A stretch of 64,000 nucleotides of DNA from Rhizaria sp. SCN 62-66 (taxonomy: Eukaryota). The notes below the pieces were generated by a model that was not told the DNA's origin, did not search any database, and saw only the letters and a program-made list of their open reading frames with translations. This document shows positions 35,801 to 49,900 of this stretch, one piece after another (within the stretch, counting starts at the first letter, position 1; each line of letters begins with the position of its first letter). The translations under genes were made by a program, and so were the position numbers. The stretch spans positions 1 to 64,000 of the forward strand of contig MEDY01000122.1 of NCBI GenBank assembly GCA_001724265.1, read 5' to 3'.

Positions 35801-36397
35801 TCATCAAGGAGCCCTCGAGCGGCTACGCTCCCGACCACGTCCTCCGGTACGCACGAACGACTGCGGCAACATTATAACTATCATTTCGGATATTTTGATG
35901 TTTTTCTTTTTGTTCATGTTGTATTATTATCTGACAAGTAATCTCTATATACCCGAAATATGTGCGATTTTTGTTAATCCTACAGGGTCAACGTGGACCT
36001 TAAGTCCCCGCACCGCCGCATCCGCCTCCCCCCGGTCGTGGCCAAGCCGCCCCCCGCGGCCACAGCCGCCGGCGTCGCCGCCACCGGCGGCGCTGGCGCC
36101 GCGGCACCCGGCGGCGACTCCGCTGCCGCCGCGGCCGCGACTGCTGGGACGGGTGGCCTCAGCGGCAGCACGGGCGAGGGCCCTTTGTCGGCCTATCAGA
36201 CCCACGTCACCGAGGCGCTCATCGTGCGCACGCTCAAGGAGAAGAAGTCGCTCTCGTTCAAGGACCTGGGCAAGGTGGTTGACGGCACGCTCCCGTTCCC
36301 TGTCTCGGTGGCCAATCTCAAGATCGTGGTCCAGGCGCTCATCGCGCGCGACTTCGTCGAGAGGAGCGCTAACAACGTCATTTCATACATCGCGTAA
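32852..36397 (+). CDS. Divergent cullin (CUL1-like N-terminus, ~1,044 aa); exons 32852-33842, 33998-35295, 35413-35846, 35986-36397
   Basis: LDEGWDII, LYSLIYQLCIQKAPHCY, RW..YQRWICVFFQYLDRYYV, YRRALSKRLL, VQTLTSACWP, winged-helix ALIVRTLKEKK...LIARDFVER..YIA-stop. Confidence 0.9.
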
Positions 36398-37632
36398 ACA
36401 CAAGTGCGGTCGATGAAACACGCTGTTAAAGGGGGATAGTCGGGTTTCGAGGAGGAGCTAGTTTTGTTTTTGTGTAGTAGAGGGTATGCTTGGGTATGTC
36501 ATGTTTTGTTTTCGCTTTGGTTGCTATTTTCTTGGTTCTTGAAATACATTCGTGTTGTACGGTTTTTACTGGTTTCTCTACGGTTTTCTCTCATATTTTT
36601 TTTAACTACAGGTATTGCCGGAACAAAATCCGTGTATTGTTTGAAAGCAACACTCTGATTTAAGTGAAAAACCAGAGGAGTTGGCCAGGGGACATGACCA
36701 AAATGTCTGAGTCCGAGGCATGCACAGGTATCGCATCAGCGTCCAACGTGCATATGAAAGATGGGAAAAAAACCCTGCATAAAGTTCATCATTAAAGCCA
36801 CGGTAGATTAAAAAAAGGTAGATTAAAAAACGATTTTGTCGTATACGTCCATGTACACACTGTTAGCTGTTGATTATGACAACATGTCTTCGATGTTAGT
36901 AGTCGCGAGAAAACGTGCACGAGCTCGAACACGCGAAGAGCGTGCTGAGACTCTTAGTTTTGTGCATTATTAAGCAGTCAAAGTAGAGTACTAGCCAGTG
37001 ACAGAGGTAGGGAAAATATGATAGTAACTTATCTGCTCAAGATGAGCGCGTATTAACCAATGGAAAGTTTGCCGTTTTTGTGTGTGCGTTGTACAGCGGT
37101 TATGTGAGTTAATACAGAAAAGATACTGATGACAATTCTGCTTCTCACCACGAATTACATCATGAATTGAGGGGACAGACTGCTATGTAGTGTACATGTT
37201 AACGTGTTAATATGTCGTGGTCTTAAAAAAATTTTAAAAATCTTATTTGATAGAACTTTTAGTTCTTGCCGTAGTTGTGTTTACTGAGTTTTGTGACTGT
37301 TTTAAAGTAACATGAAGATACGTGCGGAATAATTTCGAGAATTGAAGGAGCGTTAGAAGCACGTTGGATTGGAAGAACAAGACAGAAAAAACACAAAATC
37401 TGATGATGAGTATAAAAATGGCATCCAAAGTAATAAGCATAACTGGATGTCACGATCAGGTCGAGGAGACACGTGACGTCGTCATGATAACCGATCGCAG
37501 AAGCAGAATCGGTAACGATGGCATCAGCAAGATACGTTTCGATGCGTGCCATATAAAGGAGGCAACAGCAGCGTTCAAAAGCAGGAGACAATATGCGGAG
37601 CGGGATACACGTGGGAGTGTTCCATCGAGTAC

Positions 37633-40600
37633 TTAAACGATAACCGCCATCTCTACATCACCACCCCTCGTCGTCGCCGGAGCGCTCTTGGCCGCATTTG
37701 TCTGGCTGTGAACAGGGGCGCCGTTATCAGTGCTGCTTGCGGACGAGTCGACGGCCACCTTGTTCGAGCGAGCAAAGCAGAGACACCTCATAACATAAGC
37801 GATAAAAATGCAGAGTGCAACCAGAAAAGCGGTGCCAATCGGTACAACGATTGCGACAATTAACGTAGTGTCGTCATTACTGCCACTACCGCCACCACTG
37901 TCACCATTGCCACCACCGCCACCGGTTCCGCTGCCATCACCCCCGGTGTTAGCGTCAGTGTAGTCGTTAGTGCCAAACGATGCTGGCAACTCGTCCCCGT
38001 CCTCCGCATTAGCATCATTCACAGTCATTCCAGCTGCAATGTTGAGCCAGCTGTTGTCGCCACCAGCACCCGCAAGGCTGTTTCCGCCTGTAATCAAGTC
38101 AGCCTTAAGCGCGTTAACCGCGGTGTACAGGCCGCCCATGTTCGCGCCCGCCGCCGCCGCCGCGAGCGTTGTGAAGTGCGCAGTGATGTCGAAGCTAGGC
38201 CGCGTCGATGTCGTGTTGTCGAACAAAACCGTGCCGAGGACATTCTCGGGTGCCGCAACCCACTGAGTGGAGCAAGCACTCGCGCTCGTAATGTCGAGCT
38301 CGAACTTGAACTGCTTAGCGGTGGCGTTAAGGTTGACAAAGCGTGCTGCAGTAATCTTTGTGCCCATTGCCATGACAGTAGCCATTGCAGCGCTCTGAGT
38401 CGCAATCCACGTCTTAAAATTGGCGCGCAGAGCATCCGTAACCACGGTGCTTGCAGCCGTAATCCAGCTGGTCGTGTTCTTATCCATGTGCCCGACAAGA
38501 CCGAGCGTAATAAACCGACACAGACAGTCGCTCTCCTCGGTGAAGCCAGCCTCGCACACGCACTTGTCACAGTCAGCGTTAGCAACGGCCTGGTTGTAGC
38601 AGCTGCGCTGGCATGCACTGCAGACCGCGCCGCCCCAGACGCCCATTGCGGGACACGTGCACGCATCGTTGCAGGCGAGGTCGCCGTCTGGGGATACAAT
38701 GCCTGAGTAAAAGCCCTCGTGCTGACAGGTGCCGCTGGGTTCGCCACAGCCAGCCTCTTCGGCCGGAGTGCGGCAGTCATCGCCGGTAAACAGCAGAATA
38801 CCCTCACCGTTAGTGCGGCAGACGCACGTGGCGCGCTGCGTGTTCGCATCAACATCGCAGGAAGACGCTGTTGCGAGACTGCAACCAATGGTAGCACAGG
38901 GCGGGACAGAGCAGAGCGCGCCGGACCAATCCCCTTTGCACTCGCACTGCTGTGTGTCAGTGTTGCATAAGCCATGCGCGCCGCAGTCATACTTGCACGC
39001 GGCCTGAAGGGTAAAGCTGTCGCTCTCGTAGGTGACTGCGGTGGAGTACTGTACGTGAAGGGTGTACGCTTCCGTGGTCCTCTTAACCGTGCTTGGCAGC
39101 GTAAAGTTAAACACAAAGCGCTCACCTTGGTCGTAAAAGCTCAACGCGCTCGGCTTGACGCGGCCAAGCGTGACATTGGTAATTGTGTCGGTGGGCGCCA
39201 CCGGCTTCAACGTCAAAGTAAGCCAGCGTGGGACTGTCTCTAAGCTTGCAAGAAAAGCCGTCATGTCTGCATCGGTGATCAACATTGGGAACGTAATCCA
39301 AACACTAAGCACGTCACTAACATGATAAAAATCGGCAAACTCGACTGAGAATGGATTCGCGCAATTAGCGCCAAACCAGTCGTCTGCACAGACGCAGTCG
39401 CCGGCGGCATTGCTGTACTGGCGCCCCACGGCGTCGCCGAGGGCGCGCGTAACGCACTGACCGCCGTTCTGGCACTGCATAGGGCTCGCATATATGCACT
39501 GCGTGTAGCTTGCGGCGGGAGCGGGCAGTGACGCGCAGAGAAAAGGCGAGACCGTAACCGGGGACATGCCAGTTAAGGTCGCCAAACACGTGTACTTAAT
39601 ATATGAGCTCTGGCGGCACGCTGTGGGGTATAAAGGGCAAGACGTCACGTTAACCTGCGACCAGCTGTACATGGTGGTTGCGCCGTCTTCCGGACACGCT
39701 GGCAACACGCACGACGCCGTGAGCTGTTTGGTGCTATCGCCGCCAGTGCAAAGCTTTGAGGGGACAGAGACTCCGGTCACTTTGTGGACGCAGATTGCGG
39801 ACGTGACGGCCAACGGACTCTGCGCCGTCTGATTGGTGTAGCAGGTCAACGCGGTCGTATTGACGGTGCAGCTGCCATTGACTATGACGCGCGCCTCGCA
39901 GTCCGACGTCAGATCGGGGCAGGCAGCTGTCGCGGCGGGCTTGGCGACGGCACTGCACTTAGAGTCGACCGCAGCCTGGCCGTTTACAACACAAATCACA
40001 ACGCGGCGCGTGGTGCCGGTGCCGAGCGCGCAACCATCTTTGGGACACGTGTTCTCAAAGCCGACAGTGTCAGAGCAAAGCGTGCCGGTTTCAAACTCGA
40101 TGTGGTCTTGGGCAGCCCTATCAGGCGTCAGGCAGTGCCACGCGGGGTTCGCGTTACAGCCAGTGCTACTAGAACATTTTTGCGAGTTTGCCGGCGGCGG
40201 TGACATGACTGAGCACGGAAGCGTGTTGATATTTTCACGGTTATAACTCTGCGTGAAAGAAGGGTACGCGTATGAAACGACTTCGTCTTTGTCCACCATT
40301 GCGCAGCGCACGGCACGATGCGCAATGCCCGTGCCGCAGCTCCTGGTGCAAAGAGCGTTGTTCAGACTAACGATGGATTCGGAGCACGGGTGCCACGTCA
40401 GATCCTCATCGTCAAGTCCGTCGACGTCGAACATCACGGCGCACTGCCACTCGAACCGACTGCACATAAATGCGCTACAATCACGTGTGAGCGCGGGCGC
40501 GTTTGCGATGCCCTGGCACTGCGTTGTGCGCACGGTGCTCTTGCTGAAGGTTGGAGCCGTCATGTCAATGCAGAAGGTCTTGCGCGTCTGCTTGCCTAAG

Positions 40601-42897
40601 CCGCATTTCCCAGCGGTACATGCGCTCCACGAATCTTCGCTGTCGCCATTAGCGTTGGTGCCGTTACATGGAAGCGGGGTTAACACTGAAAGTTGATGTA
40701 ACATCTCGTATGCGAGTGTAGATTCCGCGCTAAGACACGCAAGTCCGCAGCTGGAACTGGGAGTGCACGTGGTCGTCACATTAGGATACGGAACTAGATT
40801 TGTGGGACAAAATGTTTCCGCATCAAGCGCGACACTTGTTTTTGAAGCAAGGGAGCACGTCATACTGCTGTAGCTTACGGAGATTGACTGTGCAGCGTCC
40901 TCGCAGCCGTCGGGGCAGGTGGCGTGCTTGGCGGCGCACACTTCACGGGGCTGGCCGGGCACTGAGGGCGGGCAGCGCCACACACCGCAGCCCGACGTCA
41001 CGGCAACGGGCCCAGCAAGGGGCGCCAGAAAGGAAAGACAGACGTCGTTGGTGTAGGAGCTCATGAGATCGGGCTGCGTCTGCAGCGAAATGTCGGCGCA
41101 AGCCTGTGAGGCGGGATAGAACTGCATGCCGCAGTTGTTGGTAGGCCGTATCACCACACATTTGTCCCAGGTGGTGCCGTTATTGCACACGCGCTGCGGT
41201 GCAATAGTAGCGCCGTTAATGGTACTGTAGCCGGAGCCCTGCAGAAGCGTGCTAAATTGTGTGGGCAAGCCGGGAGACATCAATGTGCTCACTGCGTGGA
41301 AAGTCATTGCGGCGTACGCCTGCACGTGCAGCAGTCGATTGCGGCATGTATCGTGTTGGGGAAATAAGAAAGTATAATAAAACAACAATACGTGGTGATT
41401 CTTACAAAATAACAGTAACTAGCAAACAAAATGTACAAATGCAATACAGCATGAAGAGTAAGGCAAAATGCGTAACGTAAGACCGCAAGTAAATGTGACT
41501 TGAATTCAAGAATTGTGACGTACTGCGGAGGCGGGATACTTGAGCGAAAACAACGTGTGAGCAGGCTCATAATCGCGGTGATAGGTGCACGCGTCGGCCG
41601 TAATGTTGAGGTTTGGAAACGCACTGTTGACGTCGGAAACAATGCCCGCACACGCCGTCGTAAAACCAGCTAAGACGGACTGGTCCGACTCGCTCATGAG
41701 CTGCCAGATTGTGAGGTACTCAATGTTGTTGCTCTGTAACCGCCACTTTGCCTCCGGGCAGAGAAATAGCGCCGCCGCGCCGTCTGTGGCGAGCTTGGAC
41801 GAGTCGTAGACTGTCGGCGCCACGACAGCGACCATCCCATTGATGAAGTCACCTGTCTTGCGCAGTCCTGTGCACGTGAGCGCAAGGCGCATGCGATCAG
41901 TCATAGGGATAGTGTTAATCGCGTCCAAAAACGCGGCCACGTTGCTCGAGTTGGAGATCGTGCCGGTGTACGCACCGTAGTGTCCTTCCAGTGTGAGCAG
42001 CAGCGGGGACATCTCAGTCGTCGTGGGGAAGCCAGCGTCTTGGCTGAACATAATATAACACGTGGGCTCGCCACTTGCAAGCAGCGTGCGTGGGATGTTG
42101 AAGTTGATTGCGAAAGCACCGAAGGTGATCGACATTTGGCGGTAGTAGGTGGTACGATAGACCAACGCAACGTCGTCGAAAGCCGTGCCATCGCCAGTAA
42201 ACGCGATATCCGCGGACGAGTCGGGGAACAGGTTCTGATCGTTCTTTGCCTTGTCGCCAAAGCTTGCCAGTGGCAGTGGCAACAGAACCTGGAGGTTGTA
42301 GGCCAGGAAATAGCCAGAGTACGGGTAGTACGGGTGGACGCGCAGCGAAAAGTACCCAGAGGGCTTGGCGGCGGCGACGGTGAGGGGCGCAGCGATGGGG
42401 ATCCAAAACGTCAGCTTCGTCGAATTACCAAGGCCCACATGGTCCATGTACGCTTCGGGAGGGTCTGACGTGAAACGGAAAAATTGGCATGTGCGAGGCT
42501 CGTCAGTGCCCAAGGCGGAGTAGCCCATAGCGTAGGAGTCCACAACCCACGGGGTCACGACATAGATATGGTCAAGTGAGAAGGTGTAACGAAACGTCTA
42601 CTGATCGTCTTTCAACACATGGTCTGAGTTTTCGAGAGCCTCAATAGTGAGCGCGACGAACGCAGCGTTGTTTTGCACGCTTGTGAGCGTATAGCCAGCA
42701 ACGCCGACGGTTGAGACGAGCGATGACGTGAATGTGAGGTTCGCAAGCGTCGGGCCCAAGGCAGCCGCCAGAAAGACGCTTTGCAGCAGGAACACCAGCA
42801 CAAACGCAAACGCAGCTAAAGCGGAGCTACGAAAAGTGCGCAAAGATGAGTTTGCGACGGTGGGGTGCGGTCGCATGTGCGGATAGGGGCGACGCAT
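37633..42897 (-). CDS. Type I membrane protein with TSP1-like and EGF-like Cys-rich repeats (~1,686 aa); exons 42897-41524, 41319-37633; one in-frame TAG at 42598-42600
   Basis: Signal-peptide-like ALAAFAFVLVFLLQSVFLAAALG; WSACTAGKCGLGKQTR and CTRSCGTGIAHRAVRC (TSP1); CQNGGQC..CVC..WFGANC and CGAHGLC..CECKGDWSGALC (EGF); TM LIVAIVVPIGTAFLVALCIFIAYVM; short tail. Start ATG is 42897 or 42876. Confidence 0.85.
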
Positions 42898-43965
42898 GTG
42901 AAAAAACGACAAACAGGCTGTTTCTTGCGAAGAACCTTAGAACAAAGAACAACGTCAACATATCGCGCGAAAAAGAGGGGAAGAAGAAGAGGCAGCAAAA
43001 AGCAAGATGTGTAAATAAAGTGAAGTTCATGTGAGAAAAGCGTGTGCATTGTGAGTGATTGAACGTGTCAAACACGCATATGTTTGAAGGTCTAACTGCG
43101 TGGCGAGGGTAATAACGTCGAGAGACACGAAATGCCTTGATGCACCACAGATTACCAACAAAGTACACTTTCGTATTAATGGTTCACACAATTCGACAAA
43201 TAGAAATATAAATTTGACGTATGTAGTCCAATATCACGTCTGTGGATGGCTGGTAAACGTAATCATTACACTCTCAAGGTGTCAAACAACGCCCGATCTC
43301 TGGAGATCTTGTGGAGAGAAAAATCTTGACCAAATAAAGGGGTTCGGAAGGTATGACAAAAACTACATGTTAAATTTAATAGATGATGCATTTATGGCAT
43401 TCGAAATTCGCTCAAAGCACCCAGTTTTGACAGCATAAAGGGTCAAAACAAAATCGCTCGTCGCAGCATCGCCTTTGTCGTCAAATTTTGACAGGCACCT
43501 CACAACCACATCAGTCGTCAAAACTCGTGGTAAATTTTGACTGGGCTGAGTGAGTCCCACGTCCAACGGCTAGCGCGCCGCGGGCCTAGCTTGGTGATTG
43601 TTCGAAATCTGTCGTGTGGGGAATTGAAAATGGGCTCGTAGATCTTTCGTGATTTGGAATTTTATTAATGTTAACAACAGCGAAATAGAGCGTTCTAACA
43701 GGTCATTTTGCGTAAACTTCACAATACGCGGTTTACTGTCGCGCTTTCCCCGCATTTTGCGACATACTCACAAGCGCACGCCACACCGCTCAACCTTCGT
43801 ATTTCCCCAGCTCTTTACTCTCTAAAAAATTGTCTTCTCAGCTTACATTCAAATTTCGTATTTTACGTGTTCTATTGTACACTTCCTTTAGCTTTCAATC
43901 TTATAGCTCTTACTTTGAGCTCACAAACCCTCTCCTAAGCAGACTCAACCCCAGAGCTCACCCTC

Positions 43966-46900
43966 ATGTCATACTATCAGGCGCCCACCGCGGCCGCTGC
44001 GGCGGGACTTGCCACCGCCCGCCCGACGCACTTGCTCGGTATGATTGATGCTGCACCCTCTGCTGCGTCGGGAAGCTCGATTGACGCGCTTATCAACGCG
44101 TGTTTCGACGCTTTTGTTCGCTCCACCCGCAGCTACCTACACGAGTCGCTTCAAGGTACACAATCCCCTCCTTCCCAACCCCCTCCCCCCCAGCAAGATC
44201 TTAAGGAAATATATCAATGACGTGCGCTTAATTGTCGCTTCACCACGAACATTATTTTGTTTTTATTGAAACAAACCATTATCTTGCGTGTTGTAAACCT
44301 GCTCCAAATCTTACCTGGCCGCAACTCAGACCTCACCTTTCCGTCTCTATCTAACCTTGCGCCCTACACCGATATTAACACCCACACTAGACACATGGGA
44401 CCCCGCGAGCCTGCGCGTGTTCCTAGACCAGGAGTTTGCTCCTATCTGGACGATCCGCTCCTTGGTCATATTTTCCCGCACCAACCTCGACATCGTCGTC
44501 TCATTTCTGCGCCAGTGGCGCGAAGTCGTGCTCGCTGCCTACGACCACACGCGCCACATCACGCAGTCCTCGGTTGCGCCCACGTCCTCCGCCCTCGGCG
44601 CCAACAGCAGCGGCGCGAGCGAGAACAACGACGACGACCTCCCGGCCGGCGTCCCCAGTACTTCCGCCACCAAGGAGTCGATGTATAAGCTGATTGTCGA
44701 CGTCGTCTTCTGCCGCTCGCTATTGCTGATCGCGCTCCCGCTCGTCGACGACGCCTACGACAGCATTCTCGCGGTCAAGAAGGCCTCGGTGCCCGGCGCC
44801 GCCTCGTTGGGCGCCTCGTTGGCTTCCACTGCGGCTGTAAACGCGAGCAGTAACAGCAACAACGCCAATGCGAGCACGAGCTTCGGCTCAGCCGCGCTCG
44901 ACGCCAACGCCAAGCGGCTGGAGCCCCTGTACAACCGCCGTGCGAGCGCCGTGTTCACCCACAACGCGGCGTCGCTGAACCCGTACGCGGCAATGAATCC
45001 CGACATGTTCAAGTCGACGCTCGCGACCATCAGCTCGCTGCGCAACCTCTCCACCGAGGCGCAGGCCAACGACCTTTCCGTCACGCTGCGGCTCTGCCAG
45101 GTGCGTTCTGGCAAACACATGTCTTGTCAGCTGTCACTGTTTCCGAGTCTTTGCATGCATCAAAGCAGAGATGACTGTATCTGAAGGCGTAGATGATCAT
45201 TTCATGGTGTAGTCTCAAAACATAGATTTTTTTTTCGCTTACGAAATAAGTTTCCTGTTTCTCGCTTGATAATATTGTTTTGTTTTCTAACTTGCGATTT
45301 CTCCAGGAAGACGCGACGGCCATCGAGGCCATGTGCTGCGAGTTCGTCCGCCTGTCCCCCGTGCCACTGCCTTCCCTAACGCTCTGGCAGCGCTTTGTGC
45401 ACCGTTCGGCCAAGTCCAAGGCCGCGTACCAGCTGCAGCATCTGCACCACGTGTGCTATGCGGTGCTGTATTCGTTATGGCCCCACGCCGTGGGCTGTCT
45501 CTCGGCCGCCTCCGCGCTCATCAACAATGACTGCGAGGCCAAGCAACAGGACGCACTCGCCCGCGCCGCCGCCTCCAGCGCCTCGGCGAGTGGGTTATCG
45601 GGCAACGGGCCCAGCTACGCGTACCCGTTCCAGCCGCCGCCGGTGGTCTCGGCCGCGCCCAGCGCGCTGATGTACCTTCCGCCCGCGGCGCACGCACAGG
45701 AGTGGTTACGCACGCAGCAGGAGCTGCACGCACGCAAGATGGCCGAGGCGCAGGCCCAGCTGCTGGCGTCGCCCGACACTTACGCGCAGCTCATTCAGGC
45801 CAGCCCCATGCAGTCGGTCGAGCGCCCTCAGGTATGTTCTAGGAGATCTTTATAGAGAAACAAAGATTTATGGAGGCATTAAAAGAGTATATTTACGAAT
45901 ATCATTGTGTTTTACTTCTAGATGTCATTTAAGCTTACTACGCAAAGTCAGATATCTGACTTAAACATGACTCATAAATCCTAAACCACTGCTCACAGTC
46001 ACACCTCGTTGTTCTATCAATACCCGCCTCTAGGTGCAAGTGTCGTTCGGCTTCCTGCTGTTCGGCATGATCAGCCTGAAGAAGGACGTGAGCGTCGAGC
46101 ATGTGCGCCGCGCCGCCGGCATGCTGACATGGTTCTGCATTGATCTCATCTCGAAGTACAACTTAGTCACCGCCTCTGCGGCCGCCGAGTCCCTGCTGAC
46201 ATTGTTCAAGCACTCTAAGGGCGACAAGGGCCGGTCCGTCGTTAAGCGCATCCTCTGCGTGGCCATCTACAACATGCTCTGGCCCGTCGCCGAGGCTAAG
46301 TGGTCGACGGCGCAGGACTATTCGCGATGGTTCGCGCTGCTCATTGACCTCCACTCGACCGTGCTCGCCTGGGCGGTCAAGAAGAAGAACGATTGGCTCG
46401 TCGCCCTGCCCACTCTCACCGCGCTTATCTGCGCATCGCCGCGCGAGAACTTTACGATGAACTTCAGCGCGATCCGCCACACGCTCGTGCAGGCGTACGG
46501 GCACCCGGGGTCATGTGTCACCGCGCTCCGCTGCGCGCAGCGCGTCGTGTTCGTCTACCTGTCAAAGGTCTGCGACCGCATGGAGACGACGGTGAATGCA
46601 CTCTCTCTGATTTTGACGGATATCCTCACGGCCGCGCAGACGCAGACGTTCTCGTTGCAAATGATGGCCAACACTGCGACTGGCAGTGGCGGCAGCGGCG
46701 CTGGCTCGGCCGCAGGTGCGGGCAGCAACAACGCCGACGCACTGCTGCTCGAAAGCGAAGGCAAGAGCACGGCTTTTGGTGCCGGCGTTGACGCCTCGCA
46801 CTCGTTGGCCTCGCTCAACACTACCGGGGCCGCCGGCGCCGGCAGCGGCAGCGGTGATGACGTCAACGGCGGCGCCTTCGGGGCAGGCGGCGTGATGAGG

Positions 46901-49900
46901 GGAGGCGGCACGGCCTCGGCCGCCAAGGTCCGCTCTACCGCCAGGGGTACGTCTTTATATAATAATAACGATTTGGCGTTATATATCTTACTTTGGATCA
47001 ATGAGGCTGCTCTATTTCTGTTATATTTTGTGTAAAATTTTACCCTGAAGTGTGACTCACGTGTTTCGTCTCGCTTCGCTTCGTTTTCTCTTGCTTCTGT
47101 TTGCCACTGTGTGTGTAGCTCTGCTGCCACAGCACTCACACTGGGTTTTGGGCGACTTGGAGTCCGAAAACGCGTTTCTATCCGTTATCCTCACCGTGGC
47201 GTGCTGGTCTCCAGTGTACGCGATCGAGAACATCATCCTGCCGCTGATCTCATCGCCGACAAACACGGACAAGAACAGTGCCGTTGCCCACAGCGACCGC
47301 GCCGCCGCCATCATCCTCAACACACAGGCCGCCGCGGCCATGACCGTGGGCCTCGGCTTCGCTTCCTCTTCAGGCGGCAACAGCGGGGATAAGCCTCTGT
47401 TGCTGCTCGAGCCTGTTAAGAGCACGCGCCCCGGAGCCGGCAACGTGCAGCCTGGTTGCTACGATGCCAACGTCGTCGTGGGCTTGCGGGCGCTCAATAT
47501 CATCATGTCCGGCAAGCTGGCTCTGTCGCCCATCCAGTACGCGCCCGGTACGTTAAGTGAATCATTAGCAGATGTATACGCTTTCAAACTGACTAGAATT
47601 TCTATTATTGACACGATTTATCCTGTAAGATACCAGGAGCGATTGTTTTCATTCTTCAATGACGATACTTTTCACTAATCACGAAACTCCTTCTTTGTTT
47701 CGCCTCGATCTTAGGCCTGAAGCTCGCTCCCGGCCCCACCATCGACATCCTGCTGCATCTGCTAGGCGCCTACACCGACGCCGCGGCCGGCAGCGACCCT
47801 TCCGCGCTGCTCATCAGTTCGGCGGCCTCGCTCAAGGCCCTGGTGTCGGAGCAAAACGGCGCTAGCGGCGGCGACGGGAAGAGCGGCAAGAAAGACGTGA
47901 CCAACGCGGCGAGCGAGCTTCCCGAGTACCTGGGCAAGAACAACACCTTTGCGTGGCCGTCGACGGCCTCGGTGCTGTGCCAGCTGCTGCCGCTGCTGCA
48001 GCACGTCACGGCCTCGCACCTCATGTCGCTCGCAACCCGGGCCTCGGGGCGCGCGTTGGCCTTTGCGCTGTCCCAGCTCATGACGCAGTCGTTCGTGACC
48101 GTGGGTACGCTGCTGTACCCGTCTTACTCGCCCGCCGCGACGCCCGAGCTGCTGGCACGCAACAAGGCCAGCATCACGGCGCTGCGGCTCATCATCCGCG
48201 CCGTCGCGTACGTGTGGCCCAACGAAATCAACGCCACCGACTTGCTGTCGATGGTCTGCGCCGCCGTCATCCACCTCGACCGCGGCGTGCGCGCCGCCGC
48301 CGCCTCGTTGCTGGGCCTGTTCACGCGCGACTCGAGCCGGCCCCATGTGCGCGCCGCCGCGGTCAACGAGCTCTCCCTCTTCCTTTCCTCGCTCCCCGCG
48401 GTCAGCGGCAACCTGGACCTGCCCCAGGCTCTGCTGGCGTGCCCCGAGGCCGTAGCGGTCGCCACACGCACCGCAGAGAGGCTGCGCGCCGCGGTGCCGC
48501 CCCCGCCAGCGCTCCATAGTACGGCGGCGGGGGCCGCGTCCGCCGCGGGTTTCGGCAGTTATAACAGCGGCAACGGCGGTGCGCAGAGCGCCAGTGTCGG
48601 CGAGTCCGGCACCGGCGTTGTCGGCGGCGTGAGCAGTATTGGCGGCCTCGCGGCAGCGGCGGCGGCGGCCGAGCTCGCGCAGAGCTCGCTGGCCCCCAAC
48701 GCGACCCACGAGGCCACGTCGCTGCACTTCCGCAGCGGCGGCGGCGGCGGGAGTAATTCTTCCGGCGGTAATTCTTGTAGCAGCGCCTCGACCGCGGCGG
48801 TGCGGCACTTGCGCGTCGTCTCGCTGGAGCCAACCGGCCTGGACACGAGTCTCATCGCCACGCCTATCAAGGGCCTTTCCGAGAGCAATGGCAGCGCGAG
48901 CAACGGCGTTTCCGCCGCGAACAACTCATCTTATGTTGAAGGACTCGGCGGCTTTACGGTGCCCGACGCCGAGGACACGGTCTTCGCGATGAAGCTCAAT
49001 TCGACCATTTCTGGCGCCGATCGCGCCGTGGCGCGGCTGCAGATTGACGTCATCCGCGGCACTGACCCCAGCGAGGCCGGCAGCGAGGTCACTTTCGCCG
49101 TCCTGGCGCAACTGCAGCGTCTGCTGACCATCTGGGCCGAGGACGCCTGCCAGACGGTCTGCGAGGCCGCCGAGGTCGCGGCCGACCTGCGGGCGCAGCG
49201 TACTGACGCCATGGAGCAGTCCCACTGGCGCAACACCCTCAACAGCGCCAGCAACAGCAGCAACTCAAAGGGCACTCTCCGCAAGCAGACTAAGGCGTAC
49301 GCTGGCCCCGGATCCTTTTTCGGAACCGGCCCCCGGTTGTCCGCCGACGGCGACGCCGCTGCCGAGACGCCCCAGGAGCGCGCCGCGCGCGCCGCCGCCG
49401 CGGACCGTGTGTGTCTCGGCGAGATCGCGCGCGCCGGGCGTGCCGTGCAGACGCAGCTCAAGGGCCTGGCGGGGCTCGACTGGCCGGGCATCGAGGCGTC
49501 GGTCGCGGTGTCACTGACGAGTGCCAGTGGCGGCGTGCGCGTGCTGTCCCTCGAAACGCTCTCGCTGCTGCACGCGCTGGCGTCGATGCACGTGCGGCTG
49601 ATCGATGCGCTCGCGCAGCTCGAGAACAAGCGCGAACAGGTGCTGGCTAAGTGGGGCGGTGTTGATCCCTCGACGCTCACTGTCGCCAGCGCGCTCGCGG
49701 CCAGTCAAAGCAACGACAGTCAGGGCAACTCCCACTCGGGCGCTCATGAGGCCAATGCTAGCATGTCTGGCAACAGCGGCTTTACTTCTGCTGCTGCTGC
49801 AGCTAATGGTAAGCGCGCATTCGGCTCCTCCCGCGCGATGGCGGCGTCGCTGCGACGGCAGAGCGCAATGCACTGCAACCCGCTGACTTCGGCCAGCGCA

